A DNA stretch of 64,000 nucleotides. Source: an uncultured Simkaniaceae bacterium (GTDB taxonomy: Bacteria > Chlamydiota > Chlamydiia > Chlamydiales > Rhabdochlamydiaceae). The stretch is from NCBI GenBank assembly GCA_963791555.1, contig CAWBSQ010000005.1, positions 3,346-67,345 on the forward strand, written 5' to 3'. Under the pieces are notes generated by a model, which saw nothing but the letters and a program-made list of their open reading frames with translations, searched no databases and was not told the origin of the DNA. Both the position numbers and the translations under genes were made by a program. This document shows, piece after piece, positions 9,330 through 18,600 of this stretch; the first letter of the stretch is position 1, and each line of letters begins with the position of its first letter.

Positions 9330-10970
9330 ATGAATTTAACATCTATTTACTCAACACAAACATCAAGACAAGAGCGTTTGAACTACTTTGCCTACGCCAT
9401 TGAAAAAGGGCATGGAAGAAAGCTTGCTTTCCTATCATTAGATAAAAAAGATCGGATCACATTGCTTGCTCTATGCAAATTCAAAGGCTCAACGGTCTGT
9501 TGGAAGAAAATCGGCAATCAAACACTACAAAGCGCCGTTCAGCACTTGCTCCATGGTCCAAAATTGCCAAATCTACTGCAAGTGCCTCCACAGGAGATGA
9601 CCAAAACACATATAACGCCATTTCTTACATTAAAGGATTTAGCAAATCTACAGAGCACACATAAAGCCGCTCCTGAATTAAGCAATGCTAGTTCAATCAT
9701 TAAGAACTATAATCCAGCTCCCCATATTGCTAGATATTGCCACCAAGATTGCGAACTCTTAAGCGAAAGCGGAAAAATCAAAGCCTTGCATCAGCTAATG
9801 TCGATGGTACAAGAGCTGAGCAAACTCGAAAAGCTTGAATTACCAACCTACCGATCGGCCGGAAAATTCTTCGAACTCGTCGAAGCGAGAAACCTCTTGA
9901 GGATGGCACGCAGAATGCATAGTAAGCATCCGCTTGAAGGTTTAGAAGGTGAACAGCTGCAAATTGCCGAAGATTCTGCAAGCACCCTGCAAAGAGCTGA
10001 GAAAATCAGAGAATGGGTTGGACAACATCAAGCTGATTTAAGAGCTTATAATGAATTGATTTTGAGCAGCTCTGGCTTAACTCTTCTCCCTCCAGAGATC
10101 GGGCAGCTCACAGCTCTGAAAGAGCTTCGTTTAATTTTCAATCACCTGACAAGCCTGCCGAAAGAGATCGGGCAGCTTGGGGCTTTGACTGCGCTTGAGT
10201 TAGGCAGCAATCGCCTGACAAGCATGCCGAAAGAGATTGGCCAGCTAGGGGCTTTGAATGAGCTTAGTCTACACAGCAATCGACTGAACAACTTGCCCAA
10301 AGAAATTGGCCAGCTCAGGGTTTTGACTAAGCTTCGCTTAAACCATAATCACCTCACAAGCCTCCCGAAAGAGATTGGGCAGCTCGGGGCTTTGAAAGTT
10401 GTTTGGTTACACAATAATCGCTTTATCAGCCTGCCGAAAGAAATCGGACAGCTCGGGGCTTTGACTGAACTTGAATTAGGACGTAATAGCCTGACTAGTT
10501 TACCCAAAGAGATCGGACAGCTACTGGCCGTGACTTGTCTTGGGTTAACACATAATCGCTTGACAAGCCTACCTAAAGAGATTGGCAATTTACAAGCTCT
10601 TATAGCTTTTTATACTAAAGGAAATGGTCTCATCTGTCTACCTGCCAAATTAAGTCGCTTTAAGCTCCAAAAACAGGATCAAACACTCCAAATGAAGACG
10701 ATCCTTAGTCAATTAAAAGAATGTTTGAAAGGAAAGCACGACTGCAGAACTATCTTAGCACTTCTAGATACCATGGAAAAATTCCAAGGCAAGGAAATGC
10801 GTTCAAAACTCCATGCCTGTATCTATGAAGTATGTAAAAATAAGAGGTCTTTGCATAAAAAGTTGAAGAGTTCACAATTTGGCAGAAAAGCCCTTGTCGA
10901 TCCAACGATCGATCGTAGATTCAAAATAGCTGCTCTTGAGCGATTCGCGAATATGCTTAAAGATGCGTAG
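9330..10970 (+). CDS. LRR-family paralogue (conserved N-domain, 8 LPKEIGQL-type 23-aa repeats, conserved C-domain), type A C-terminus (...MLKDA)
   Basis: Eight [KP][EP]IGxL motifs occur at 23-residue spacing. The N-terminal SIYSTQTSRQERLNYF... and C-terminal KGKHDCR...KLHACIYEVCK... blocks are shared with 8 other ORFs in the window. Confidence 0.9.
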   Translation: MNLTSIYSTQTSRQERLNYFAYAIEKGHGRKLAFLSLDKKDRITLLALCKFKGSTVCWKKIGNQTLQSAVQHLLHGPKLPNLLQVPPQEMTKTHITPFLTLKDLANLQSTHKAAPELSNASSIIKNYNPAPHIARYCHQDCELLSESGKIKALHQLMSMVQELSKLEKLELPTYRSAGKFFELVEARNLLRMARRMHSKHPLEGLEGEQLQIAEDSASTLQRAEKIREWVGQHQADLRAYNELILSSSGLTLLPPEIGQLTALKELRLIFNHLTSLPKEIGQLGALTALELGSNRLTSMPKEIGQLGALNELSLHSNRLNNLPKEIGQLRVLTKLRLNHNHLTSLPKEIGQLGALKVVWLHNNRFISLPKEIGQLGALTELELGRNSLTSLPKEIGQLLAVTCLGLTHNRLTSLPKEIGNLQALIAFYTKGNGLICLPAKLSRFKLQKQDQTLQMKTILSQLKECLKGKHDCRTILALLDTMEKFQGKEMRSKLHACIYEVCKNKRSLHKKLKSSQFGRKALVDPTIDRRFKIAALERFANMLKDA

Positions 10971-11044
10971 GGTAAATAGGAGAAAACCCACATCGCCATA
11001 GCGTTGATTTTTTATTAAAAATTATTAAGAATAAAACAATAAGC

Positions 11045-11503
11045 ATAACATCTATTTACTCAATACAAACATCCAGACAAGAGCGTTTGAACTACCTTGC
11101 ATACTCCATCGAAAAAGGACAGGGAAGAAGCCTTGCCTTCCAATCATTATATAAAAAAGATCGCATCACATTCCTTGCTCTATGCAAGATCACAAGCTCA
11201 ACAGTCAATTGGAATAAGATCGGCAATCAAACACTAAGAACTGCCGTTCAGCAATTGCTCCATGGTCCAAAATTGCCCAATCTACTGCAAGTGCCTCCAC
11301 AAGCGGTGACCAAAGCACATATAACGCCATTTCTTACATTAAAGGATTTAGCGAATCTACAGAGCACACATAAAGCCGCTCCTGAATTAAGCAACGCTGA
11401 TTCAATCATTAGGAACTATAGTCTAGCTCCCCCTATTGCTAGATATTGCCACCAAGATTGCGAACTCTTAAGTGAAGGCGGAAAAATGCTTCATAAAGCT
11501 TAA
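11045..11503 (+). pseudogene. internally deleted remnant of a type-B LRR-family gene
   Basis: Homology to paralogue N-termini starts at ITSIYSIQTSRQERLNY with no start codon. After ...CHQDCELLSEGGK it jumps straight to MLHKA-stop, followed by the 3-prime UTR shared with the 41855 and 45665 genes. Confidence 0.75.
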
Positions 11504-11579
11504 ACAAAGCGCCTGGGATTGCTCTGCAAAGGGCAGTCCTTCGGGCTTTCTTGTTTCAAGCTGAATTTTCAACTTCAGC

Positions 11580-11637
11580 AGACTTCTTTCGAAACTAAGC
11601 GGTTATGAACATTAACGCTTAGTTTCGAAAGAAGTCT
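11580..11637. terminator. perfect 22-bp stem / 14-nt loop hairpin followed by a T-run
   Basis: agacttctttcgaaactaagcg (11580-11601) is the exact reverse complement of 11616-11637, followed by atttttc. It lies between the LRR remnant (+) and hemL (-). Confidence 0.6.
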
Positions 11638-11775
11638 ATTTTTCTAGAGAACGGAAACCTTTTCGAGATCTTCCAAAATGCGGTTCTCGCTCGTATCATC
11701 GTCCCGATACTGGCTTCACCCCACATTTTGCAATCTCCTCGAAAATCAACAGAAGCTTAGTTTGTGGATAGTCTC

Positions 11776-13146
11776 TTACGCTCTTGGATAATAGTTTCGT
11801 AGGAATTCGATGACGGTTGTAGCGGTAAAATCGAGCTGATCGTGGGTGTGGGCTGATGAGATGAACCACGCCTCAACCTGAGACGGCGGCAAATAAATTC
11901 CGCGTGCAAGCATGAACGCAAAAAATTCGCGAAACGCCAGCGGATCGAGCGCCTTCAAGTCTTGGTAATTCTTCACCGTAGTCACTCCAAAAAACAGGGT
12001 GATCATCGAACCAACGACTTTGAGGCTCACTGGCAGTTGGTGTTTCTCGATATAATCTTGGATCGGTGTCGTAAGTCGCATGCTTTTATCGTCTAATTCA
12101 TGATAAAAATTCGGACGCTCAAGTGCTTTGATAGCTACTTTGCCCGCCGCCATGGCAACAGGAAAACCCGATAAGGTACCAGCCTGATAGACATTGCCTA
12201 AAGGCGCCATCATCTCCATCCATTGCTTTTTACCGCCATATGCAGCTGCAGGAAAACCACCGCCGATGATCTTGCCTAAGCAGGTGAGATCGGGATCGAT
12301 GCCAAAATGTTGCTGTGCCCCACCAAGGCCATGGCGAAATCCTGTCACAACTTCATCGAAAATCAAAAGAATACCAGCTTTAGTAGTCTCTTCGCGCAAC
12401 ATCTCGAGGAATCCCGGCTCAGGTGTTACAATCCCCATATTGGCCGTGATCGGCTCTAAAATCACTGCGGCAATATCTGTACGCTCTCTTAAAACTTGGC
12501 GGCAGATGTCAAAATCGTTAAATGGTAGACAGATCGTATGTTTCACGAATTCTGGTGGTACACCCTGAGAACTTGCCTCCGGCAGTTTGCTCACGCCAGA
12601 GCCGGCTTTGATGAGCAGTCCATCCGAGTGGCCATGATAGTGTCCTTCAAACTTCACTATCGCTGACTTGCCTGTTGCAGCTCTAGCAAGGCGCAGTGCG
12701 CTCATCGTGGCTTCTGTTCCAGAGGATACAAAGCGCACCATCTCTATCGAGGGAACATGATGAACGACGAGTTCGGCCATTTCTGCTTCGATGCGCGTAG
12801 CAATGCCAAAGGACAATCCTTTCTCCAATTGCTTACGGGCTGCTTCGATGAGGAAAGGTGGATTATGTCCATGGATCAATGCCCCCCATCCGCAGCAATA
12901 ATCGATATAGCAATGACCATCGACATCTTCGATGATGGCCCCTTTTCCCTTTTCGACGATGAGAGGGTCGACATTGAGGCCTTTGAATGCACGTACAGGC
13001 GAATTAACACCGCCAGGGATCACTGCACAAGATCTTTCGTAAATCTCTTGCGAACGCAAACGCTTGATCGGTTTTTTTGATTCAGACTCTTGAAAAGAAG
13101 CACTCGATTTCAGCCCTGTATCCATAGACCCATCCTTTTTTTGCAT
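11776..13146 (-). CDS. hemL: glutamate-1-semialdehyde 2,1-aminomutase
   Basis: IPGGVNSPVRAF motif. Class III aminotransferase body with the GHYHG.. and FDEVVTGFR motifs. The true start may be a downstream Met. Confidence 0.9.
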   Translation of the reverse strand: MQKKDGSMDTGLKSSASFQESESKKPIKRLRSQEIYERSCAVIPGGVNSPVRAFKGLNVDPLIVEKGKGAIIEDVDGHCYIDYCCGWGALIHGHNPPFLIEAARKQLEKGLSFGIATRIEAEMAELVVHHVPSIEMVRFVSSGTEATMSALRLARAATGKSAIVKFEGHYHGHSDGLLIKAGSGVSKLPEASSQGVPPEFVKHTICLPFNDFDICRQVLRERTDIAAVILEPITANMGIVTPEPGFLEMLREETTKAGILLIFDEVVTGFRHGLGGAQQHFGIDPDLTCLGKIIGGGFPAAAYGGKKQWMEMMAPLGNVYQAGTLSGFPVAMAAGKVAIKALERPNFYHELDDKSMRLTTPIQDYIEKHQLPVSLKVVGSMITLFFGVTTVKNYQDLKALDPLAFREFFAFMLARGIYLPPSQVEAWFISSAHTHDQLDFTATTVIEFLRNYYPRA

Positions 13147-13221
13147 GCTCTATGGCATTTTTGTCCGAGTTTGCACTACCATGAGCAGATGACATCAGTA
13201 AGCGGCTAACTTTTCTCATTT

Positions 13222-15015
13222 ATGCGGCATTGGTTCAAGCATTTTTTACTTCTGCTTTTTGTACCGCTCTGCTGTCTTTTTTCTGATGAAATTTCGTATG
13301 TCGTCGAATTCGTAGGACTGGACGATTCTCAAGTCTTGAAAGCCATAAAATCGGTCACTCAGCTAACCACATTAAAGAAACCTCCGCCATCGATTACGGC
13401 GTTAAGACAAAGAGCTGAAGGCGATGTCCCGGATATATTAAAGGTTCTCCGTGCCTTTGGTTATTATGAAGCTAAAGTCGATTTCTGCATCGAAGAGACC
13501 ATCCCCAAGATAAGAGTTCTCGTCTACATCAGCTCGGGACCTCTTTATACCATCAATTCTTTTGTTCTCGATCTCACTTCCCCCGAAAGCCAAGCTGAGG
13601 ATATTTGTAAAAAGCTCGAGCTGCCTTCAATAGGCATACAAATTGGCATGGCGGCACGATCGAAAACAATCATCGATGCCACCAATCGTCTCTTTGCAAT
13701 CCTGGCCGAAAACGGTTATCCGCTCAACAAACTCATCGATCGCAGCATCGTCGTCGATGGAAAGACCCACTTGGTCGATATTTGTTTGAAAGTGAATACC
13801 GGCCCGCGGTGTTTTTTTGGACCGACAGAGATCGTAGGGACTAAAACAGTCAAAGAACCCTGGGTACGGCGCAAAATCCAATGGAAAGAAGGCGATCTCT
13901 ACGACAGCAGAAAGCTACAAGCCACGCAAAAAGATTTGATCGAAACAGGTCTTTTCAGCTCGGTCATTGCCTTGCCTAATGGCGATCCGAATGATCAGGG
14001 TCTTCTTCCTCTGAAATTAGAGCTTTCAGAAACCCTTCATCGCAATGTCAGCGCTGGATTTAGCTACCAAACTAAGTTTGGACCTGGTCTTACTTTTGGC
14101 TGGGAGCATCGCAATGTTGGCGGCGAAGGGCAAATCATCAGTTTGCATGGCGATATCACAAAAATCAGCCACAGCGGCATGCTCTCCTACCGAGTGCCCG
14201 ATTTCAGACGTCCAGGGCAAGATCTGGCCTCTCAATTTCAGGCCATGCACGAAGAAATTCAGCATGTCTATACAGAAAAAGCGTACAGTGTGACCAGTCG
14301 ATTAGAGCGACGGGTCGGACAACATCTTCGTTTCGCGATCGGCGGACGGGTAGAACGGATATTTGTCTCAGCAAGTTTACAAAATGGTAACTTTTCTCTT
14401 GTACAAATGCCGCTCTACGTCGGTTGGGCCAGTGTCAATAACGTTCTCAACCCCACCTCGGGGATTTCTTTAGACTATGCGCTATACCCATCTGTCAATT
14501 TTCACAAAATCGGAAAATTCTATATCGAACAACGTTTTTCTCAAGGGTGCTATCTGCCCATTGTGAAGCATCGAGAAATCCTCACCCTCGCTCAGAAAAT
14601 CACCATTGCCACGATTTACAGTACGCATTTAAACGATATCCCCATTCCCGAACGCATCTTAGGTGGAACGGAAGAAGATATGCGGGGATATGGCTACCTG
14701 ACAGTCAGCCCCCTTAGACGCTCTCATAGCGGAAAACTCAAACCTCTTGGGGGAAGATCGGCCATCTTCTACACCTTTGAAACACGTTTCCGCGTGTCAG
14801 AATCGCTTGGACTAGTCCCTTTCTTCGATTTTGGCAATGTATGGCTGCAAATCTTACCAGCTTTTACCGGAAAATGGCTGAAATCTGTAGGGTTAGGACT
14901 GCGTTATTATACGTTTATCGGCCCCTTACGCTGTGACATAGGTTTCCCTTTGAATCGAAGACCAGGACTCGACAATCGATGGCGAGTTCTGGTAAGCATT
15001 GGACAAAGTTTCTAA
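13222..15015 (+). CDS. tamA: Omp85-family outer-membrane protein, TamA-like
   Basis: Signal peptide, POTRA-like N-terminus, and a beta-barrel C-terminal half ending in ...VLVSIGQSF (terminal aromatic residue). It is followed by and overlaps a TamB-like gene. Confidence 0.75.
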   Translation: MRHWFKHFLLLLFVPLCCLFSDEISYVVEFVGLDDSQVLKAIKSVTQLTTLKKPPPSITALRQRAEGDVPDILKVLRAFGYYEAKVDFCIEETIPKIRVLVYISSGPLYTINSFVLDLTSPESQAEDICKKLELPSIGIQIGMAARSKTIIDATNRLFAILAENGYPLNKLIDRSIVVDGKTHLVDICLKVNTGPRCFFGPTEIVGTKTVKEPWVRRKIQWKEGDLYDSRKLQATQKDLIETGLFSSVIALPNGDPNDQGLLPLKLELSETLHRNVSAGFSYQTKFGPGLTFGWEHRNVGGEGQIISLHGDITKISHSGMLSYRVPDFRRPGQDLASQFQAMHEEIQHVYTEKAYSVTSRLERRVGQHLRFAIGGRVERIFVSASLQNGNFSLVQMPLYVGWASVNNVLNPTSGISLDYALYPSVNFHKIGKFYIEQRFSQGCYLPIVKHREILTLAQKITIATIYSTHLNDIPIPERILGGTEEDMRGYGYLTVSPLRRSHSGKLKPLGGRSAIFYTFETRFRVSESLGLVPFFDFGNVWLQILPAFTGKWLKSVGLGLRYYTFIGPLRCDIGFPLNRRPGLDNRWRVLVSIGQSF

Positions 15016-18000
15016 ATTAAAAATGATGAAAAAACTGCTCATAGCCCTCTATCTTTTTATCGTCATCTTCCTCTTAGGGGCAGCAGGGATCATTACGATC
15101 GCGCAAACATCTTGGTTTAAAGTAAAACTCGAAGAAAAGCTGCATGATCTTGCTGCTTCGAGTGGTTTTACCCTCTCTTTTGACGATCTCAAAGGTTCGA
15201 TCCCGCTCCGCTGGGACATGCGCAACCTCTCTCTCTCTTCGCCAAACGGCACAACCATCCACATTGACTCCTTGAGGACGAGGATTGCATTTCTTCCTCT
15301 CCTTCGAAAAGAACTTGGGATTGGGTTCCTCAAAGCACATGAGGTTCATGTAAAAATGCAAGGGGGTCCGAGCGGATCGATCGAAAAAGAGATTTTCACC
15401 ATCCTAGAAACCTTTCCCATCGATATCTCCATTCGCTCCTTGCGCATCGCTATGCTGGCCTGGGAGACCGAAGAATGCACATTGCCTACTATTCAACTCC
15501 GCGGAATCCTCAAAATCAAACGACAAGCGCGCGAGCTATTTGCCAAGATCACCATCAACAGCATCGAAGAAGGATTTGAGCAAGAGATCTTTGCTATGGG
15601 AGGCAGTCGCAAAGGACAGTTAGAACTGCGTTTGAAAAATCGATTAGATTCTTTGAATTCCCTATCGCCCATTTTGAAGACGCCTCCTGCGATCAAATCT
15701 CTTTGTCAATTGGATGTTCGAGGACCTTGGGCAACGTGGCGAGCCGTTGCTCTAAACCAATCGACCCCTTCTTCACCGCTCATCGGCGAGTTTTTTGCTC
15801 GCATCGATCACCTCGAGATCCCTGATTATTCTTTTTTAAACTGTCCTTGGAAACTACGTGCTTCTTTCACAGCGCAATCTAGCCGTGAGATCGATATCAA
15901 AAAATTCTCTCTTCGCAGTTCATTGGCCGAGCTCGATCTTCAAGGGACGCTTCTCTCCGATCTTAGCATTCGGCAAGGTACCTACACGCTAAACATCCCA
16001 TCTCTTGCTCCCTTTGCTATTGGTACAAGTCAACTCCTCCTTGGTTCACTAGATGCCAGCGGCGAATTAGAGCCCAGGAGCTTCACAGGCAAACTCTCTA
16101 TCGAACAAGCTCAAGTAGGTGCTCTGCATTTTGGCTTGCTCGAAGGAATGCTATCTCTTACCTCTGCCGACCAATTATGGGAAGGCACGATGCAAATGGC
16201 GATCGAGGAAAAAACACTTCATCTCGAAGGAGATTCTCAACTCGTCATCGACCCGCAAGAGGGGGTTTACTTTAAGAATTTGGTACTTAGCGCCCCTTCT
16301 TTACATATCGGTGGTGATCTATTCATCGACCATCGACGTTTACTCACAGAAGGGACAATGCGCTTGCAAGCCGATGATCTAAGCCTGCTCGATCCCCTTT
16401 TTCCCGATCGAGCCATCGGCGGACGAATCGGTGCTGAAATCCATTTTGCAAGAAATGAAGGACAATCCTTAAAAGCTTATGCAACTCTTTCCGATGTAGA
16501 AATGCGCCATCTCAAAATTGCCGAAGGAACGCTTTCCATCGATCTTCATCACATAGAAGGAGAACTTGCGGGATCATTCGATTTGCATTCTGAAGGAGTC
16601 TATCTTCCGAATGTCTATTGTGCTTTGTTCGATTTCTATGCCTATGGAGACCCTGCTCTTTGGCATTTCAAGAGCGAATCACGCGGCACATGGAAAGAAC
16701 CTTTTCATCTGTTTGCTAAAGGTTCCTTGAGCAATGACCAGAATACCAAGAAAATCCTCTTCGATGAATTAGGCGGTACTTTCTTAAGCCATAAAATCAA
16801 GCTCGAAGACAAAGCTTCGCTCGCCCTCTCTAGCCAGGCGCTTTGCTTAGAAGCCCCTTCGATCCGCTTAGGCGATGGCGAACTCTCTGCGCTTTATTCG
16901 ATCGATCAAGAGCAGTGGCAGCTTTCGCTCCAAGGAAACGAGGTGCCGCTAGCCTGGCTGACGCTCTTTTCTCCTTACCTAAGCTTGCATGGAGAATCGA
17001 CGATCATCTGTGCCTTGCAGGGCAATAGGGAAAGTGTAAGAGGCTCCTGTCAGCTTTCACTGAAAAGAATCATGGCCAAGCGCTTTGGCACCCAACCCAT
17101 TTTCCAAGCCAAAGGCACACTTCTTGCCAACTTCGAAGGTCAAAAAATGCAACTGCATAGCGAAGTCAATGCCAGCGATGGGCAGGTCGTCTTGCTCGAT
17201 GCCACCCTTCCCCTAGAGTTTGTTCAAACGCCCTATATCCCCTTCCAGCTCGATCCCCAAAGCAATTATAGCGCCTCGCTTTTGATCGAAGGCAAACTCG
17301 AAGAATTATCTGAATTCGTCAACATGAGCTTTCAGCGCTGGAAAGGATGGCTCGAAGGCAAAGTGCTTTTCTCCGGTTCCTTGAACAATCTCGCCATGCA
17401 AGGCCAGCTTGCTATCCATCAAGGCGCTTATGAAAATGACTTTCTTGGACTCCGCTTGCAAAATATCGAAGCCTCTTTTCAAGCATTCCACGATGAGCTC
17501 ATCCTCACCCATTTCAAAGCTACTGGCTTAAAAAAAGAGGGGGTGGTCGAAGGCAATGGGAACATCGTACTGCGCCCTCAACACCATTTTCCTTATCGGT
17601 TCTCAGCCACCATCAACCATCTGCCAATGATCGATCTCGATCTGGTCGAAGCCACCCTGACCGGCTCAGTTGAAATCGAAGGAACATCACAAAAAGCTAT
17701 GGCGCGTGGCATGGCGGACATCGATGAAGCGATGTTCTCTATTCCACGCTCCCTGCCCGCTGACATCCCTGAATTGCCAGTAACCTATATACATCAACCC
17801 GCCCATGTCGAAACACAATTGGAAAATGCTCCCGTTTCCTTCCCATTCGGTTACGATATCACCTTCCATTCGGGAGATACCATCCACTTCGATGCTGGCG
17901 GATTGACTTCGCGCTGGAGCGGAGATCTTCATCTCCATGGCGTCAATATGACCATGCTCGCCAGTGGCAGCCTTCGTCTGAACAAAGGACAATTCTCCCT

Positions 18001-18577
18001 ACTCGGAAAAACCTTCCAGCTCAACCAAGGCGAAATCACCTTCAGCGACCGTCCAGGAGAAGAAGGGCTGCTCAACATCTCGGGCACCCTCAACATGAGC
18101 GATGTGACGATCACAGCTCAGCTAAGAGGTACCCTAAGTGAACCACAGCTGACATTGCAATCTGTCCCGCCCCTCACGACCAGCGATATCTTTTCGCTTT
18201 TGCTCTTCAACAAAAAAGTCACTGAGATCAAACCTATGCAAGCCGTGCAGCTCGCGCGCACAGTGATGTCTCTTTCTGGAAATTCGGGATGGAATTTTGT
18301 CGGACAGATCGGCAGCGGCCTTACTGTCCTCGGCATCGATACCTTTGACATCATCCCATCTGAACGGGGACTTGATCAAACCTCGATCACCATCGGCAAA
18401 CAGTTCTATCTGATCCGCGGGGTATTGGTTTCTTTGACACAAAGCTTGAGCTCCAGCCGCTTCACCGTAGAAGTCGACCTCGGCGGAGGCCTTCTCTTCC
18501 AAGCCGAGAACGAATCAGGCGAAGGGCAATCCCAACAAGTGGGCAAGCTTAGTCTGAAATGGAATAAAAATTATTAA
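14999..18577 (+). CDS. tamB: translocation and assembly module protein TamB-like (DUF490)
   Basis: 1192 aa with an N-terminal signal anchor, a long beta-rich body and a C-terminal block (LGKTFQLNQGEITFSD...GKQFYLIRGVLVSL). Overlaps tamA by 17 nt. Confidence 0.75.
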   Translation: MDKVSKLKMMKKLLIALYLFIVIFLLGAAGIITIAQTSWFKVKLEEKLHDLAASSGFTLSFDDLKGSIPLRWDMRNLSLSSPNGTTIHIDSLRTRIAFLPLLRKELGIGFLKAHEVHVKMQGGPSGSIEKEIFTILETFPIDISIRSLRIAMLAWETEECTLPTIQLRGILKIKRQARELFAKITINSIEEGFEQEIFAMGGSRKGQLELRLKNRLDSLNSLSPILKTPPAIKSLCQLDVRGPWATWRAVALNQSTPSSPLIGEFFARIDHLEIPDYSFLNCPWKLRASFTAQSSREIDIKKFSLRSSLAELDLQGTLLSDLSIRQGTYTLNIPSLAPFAIGTSQLLLGSLDASGELEPRSFTGKLSIEQAQVGALHFGLLEGMLSLTSADQLWEGTMQMAIEEKTLHLEGDSQLVIDPQEGVYFKNLVLSAPSLHIGGDLFIDHRRLLTEGTMRLQADDLSLLDPLFPDRAIGGRIGAEIHFARNEGQSLKAYATLSDVEMRHLKIAEGTLSIDLHHIEGELAGSFDLHSEGVYLPNVYCALFDFYAYGDPALWHFKSESRGTWKEPFHLFAKGSLSNDQNTKKILFDELGGTFLSHKIKLEDKASLALSSQALCLEAPSIRLGDGELSALYSIDQEQWQLSLQGNEVPLAWLTLFSPYLSLHGESTIICALQGNRESVRGSCQLSLKRIMAKRFGTQPIFQAKGTLLANFEGQKMQLHSEVNASDGQVVLLDATLPLEFVQTPYIPFQLDPQSNYSASLLIEGKLEELSEFVNMSFQRWKGWLEGKVLFSGSLNNLAMQGQLAIHQGAYENDFLGLRLQNIEASFQAFHDELILTHFKATGLKKEGVVEGNGNIVLRPQHHFPYRFSATINHLPMIDLDLVEATLTGSVEIEGTSQKAMARGMADIDEAMFSIPRSLPADIPELPVTYIHQPAHVETQLENAPVSFPFGYDITFHSGDTIHFDAGGLTSRWSGDLHLHGVNMTMLASGSLRLNKGQFSLLGKTFQLNQGEITFSDRPGEEGLLNISGTLNMSDVTITAQLRGTLSEPQLTLQSVPPLTTSDIFSLLLFNKKVTEIKPMQAVQLARTVMSLSGNSGWNFVGQIGSGLTVLGIDTFDIIPSERGLDQTSITIGKQFYLIRGVLVSLTQSLSSSRFTVEVDLGGGLLFQAENESGEGQSQQVGKLSLKWNKNY

Positions 18578-18600
18578 GCAGCTTAGTTTGTGGACAGTCT

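Noticed and set aside
9473-9664. 63-aa alternative-frame ORF starting at nt 144 of the LRR genes, also open in the 23949 (25057..25248) and 43663 (43806..43997) paralogues
   Set aside because: The positions are identical because the paralogues are about 80-90 percent identical at the nucleotide level. The frame is closed after about 31 codons in the 45665 paralogue and is absent from other members. The apparent conservation is best explained by shared ancestry, not selection.
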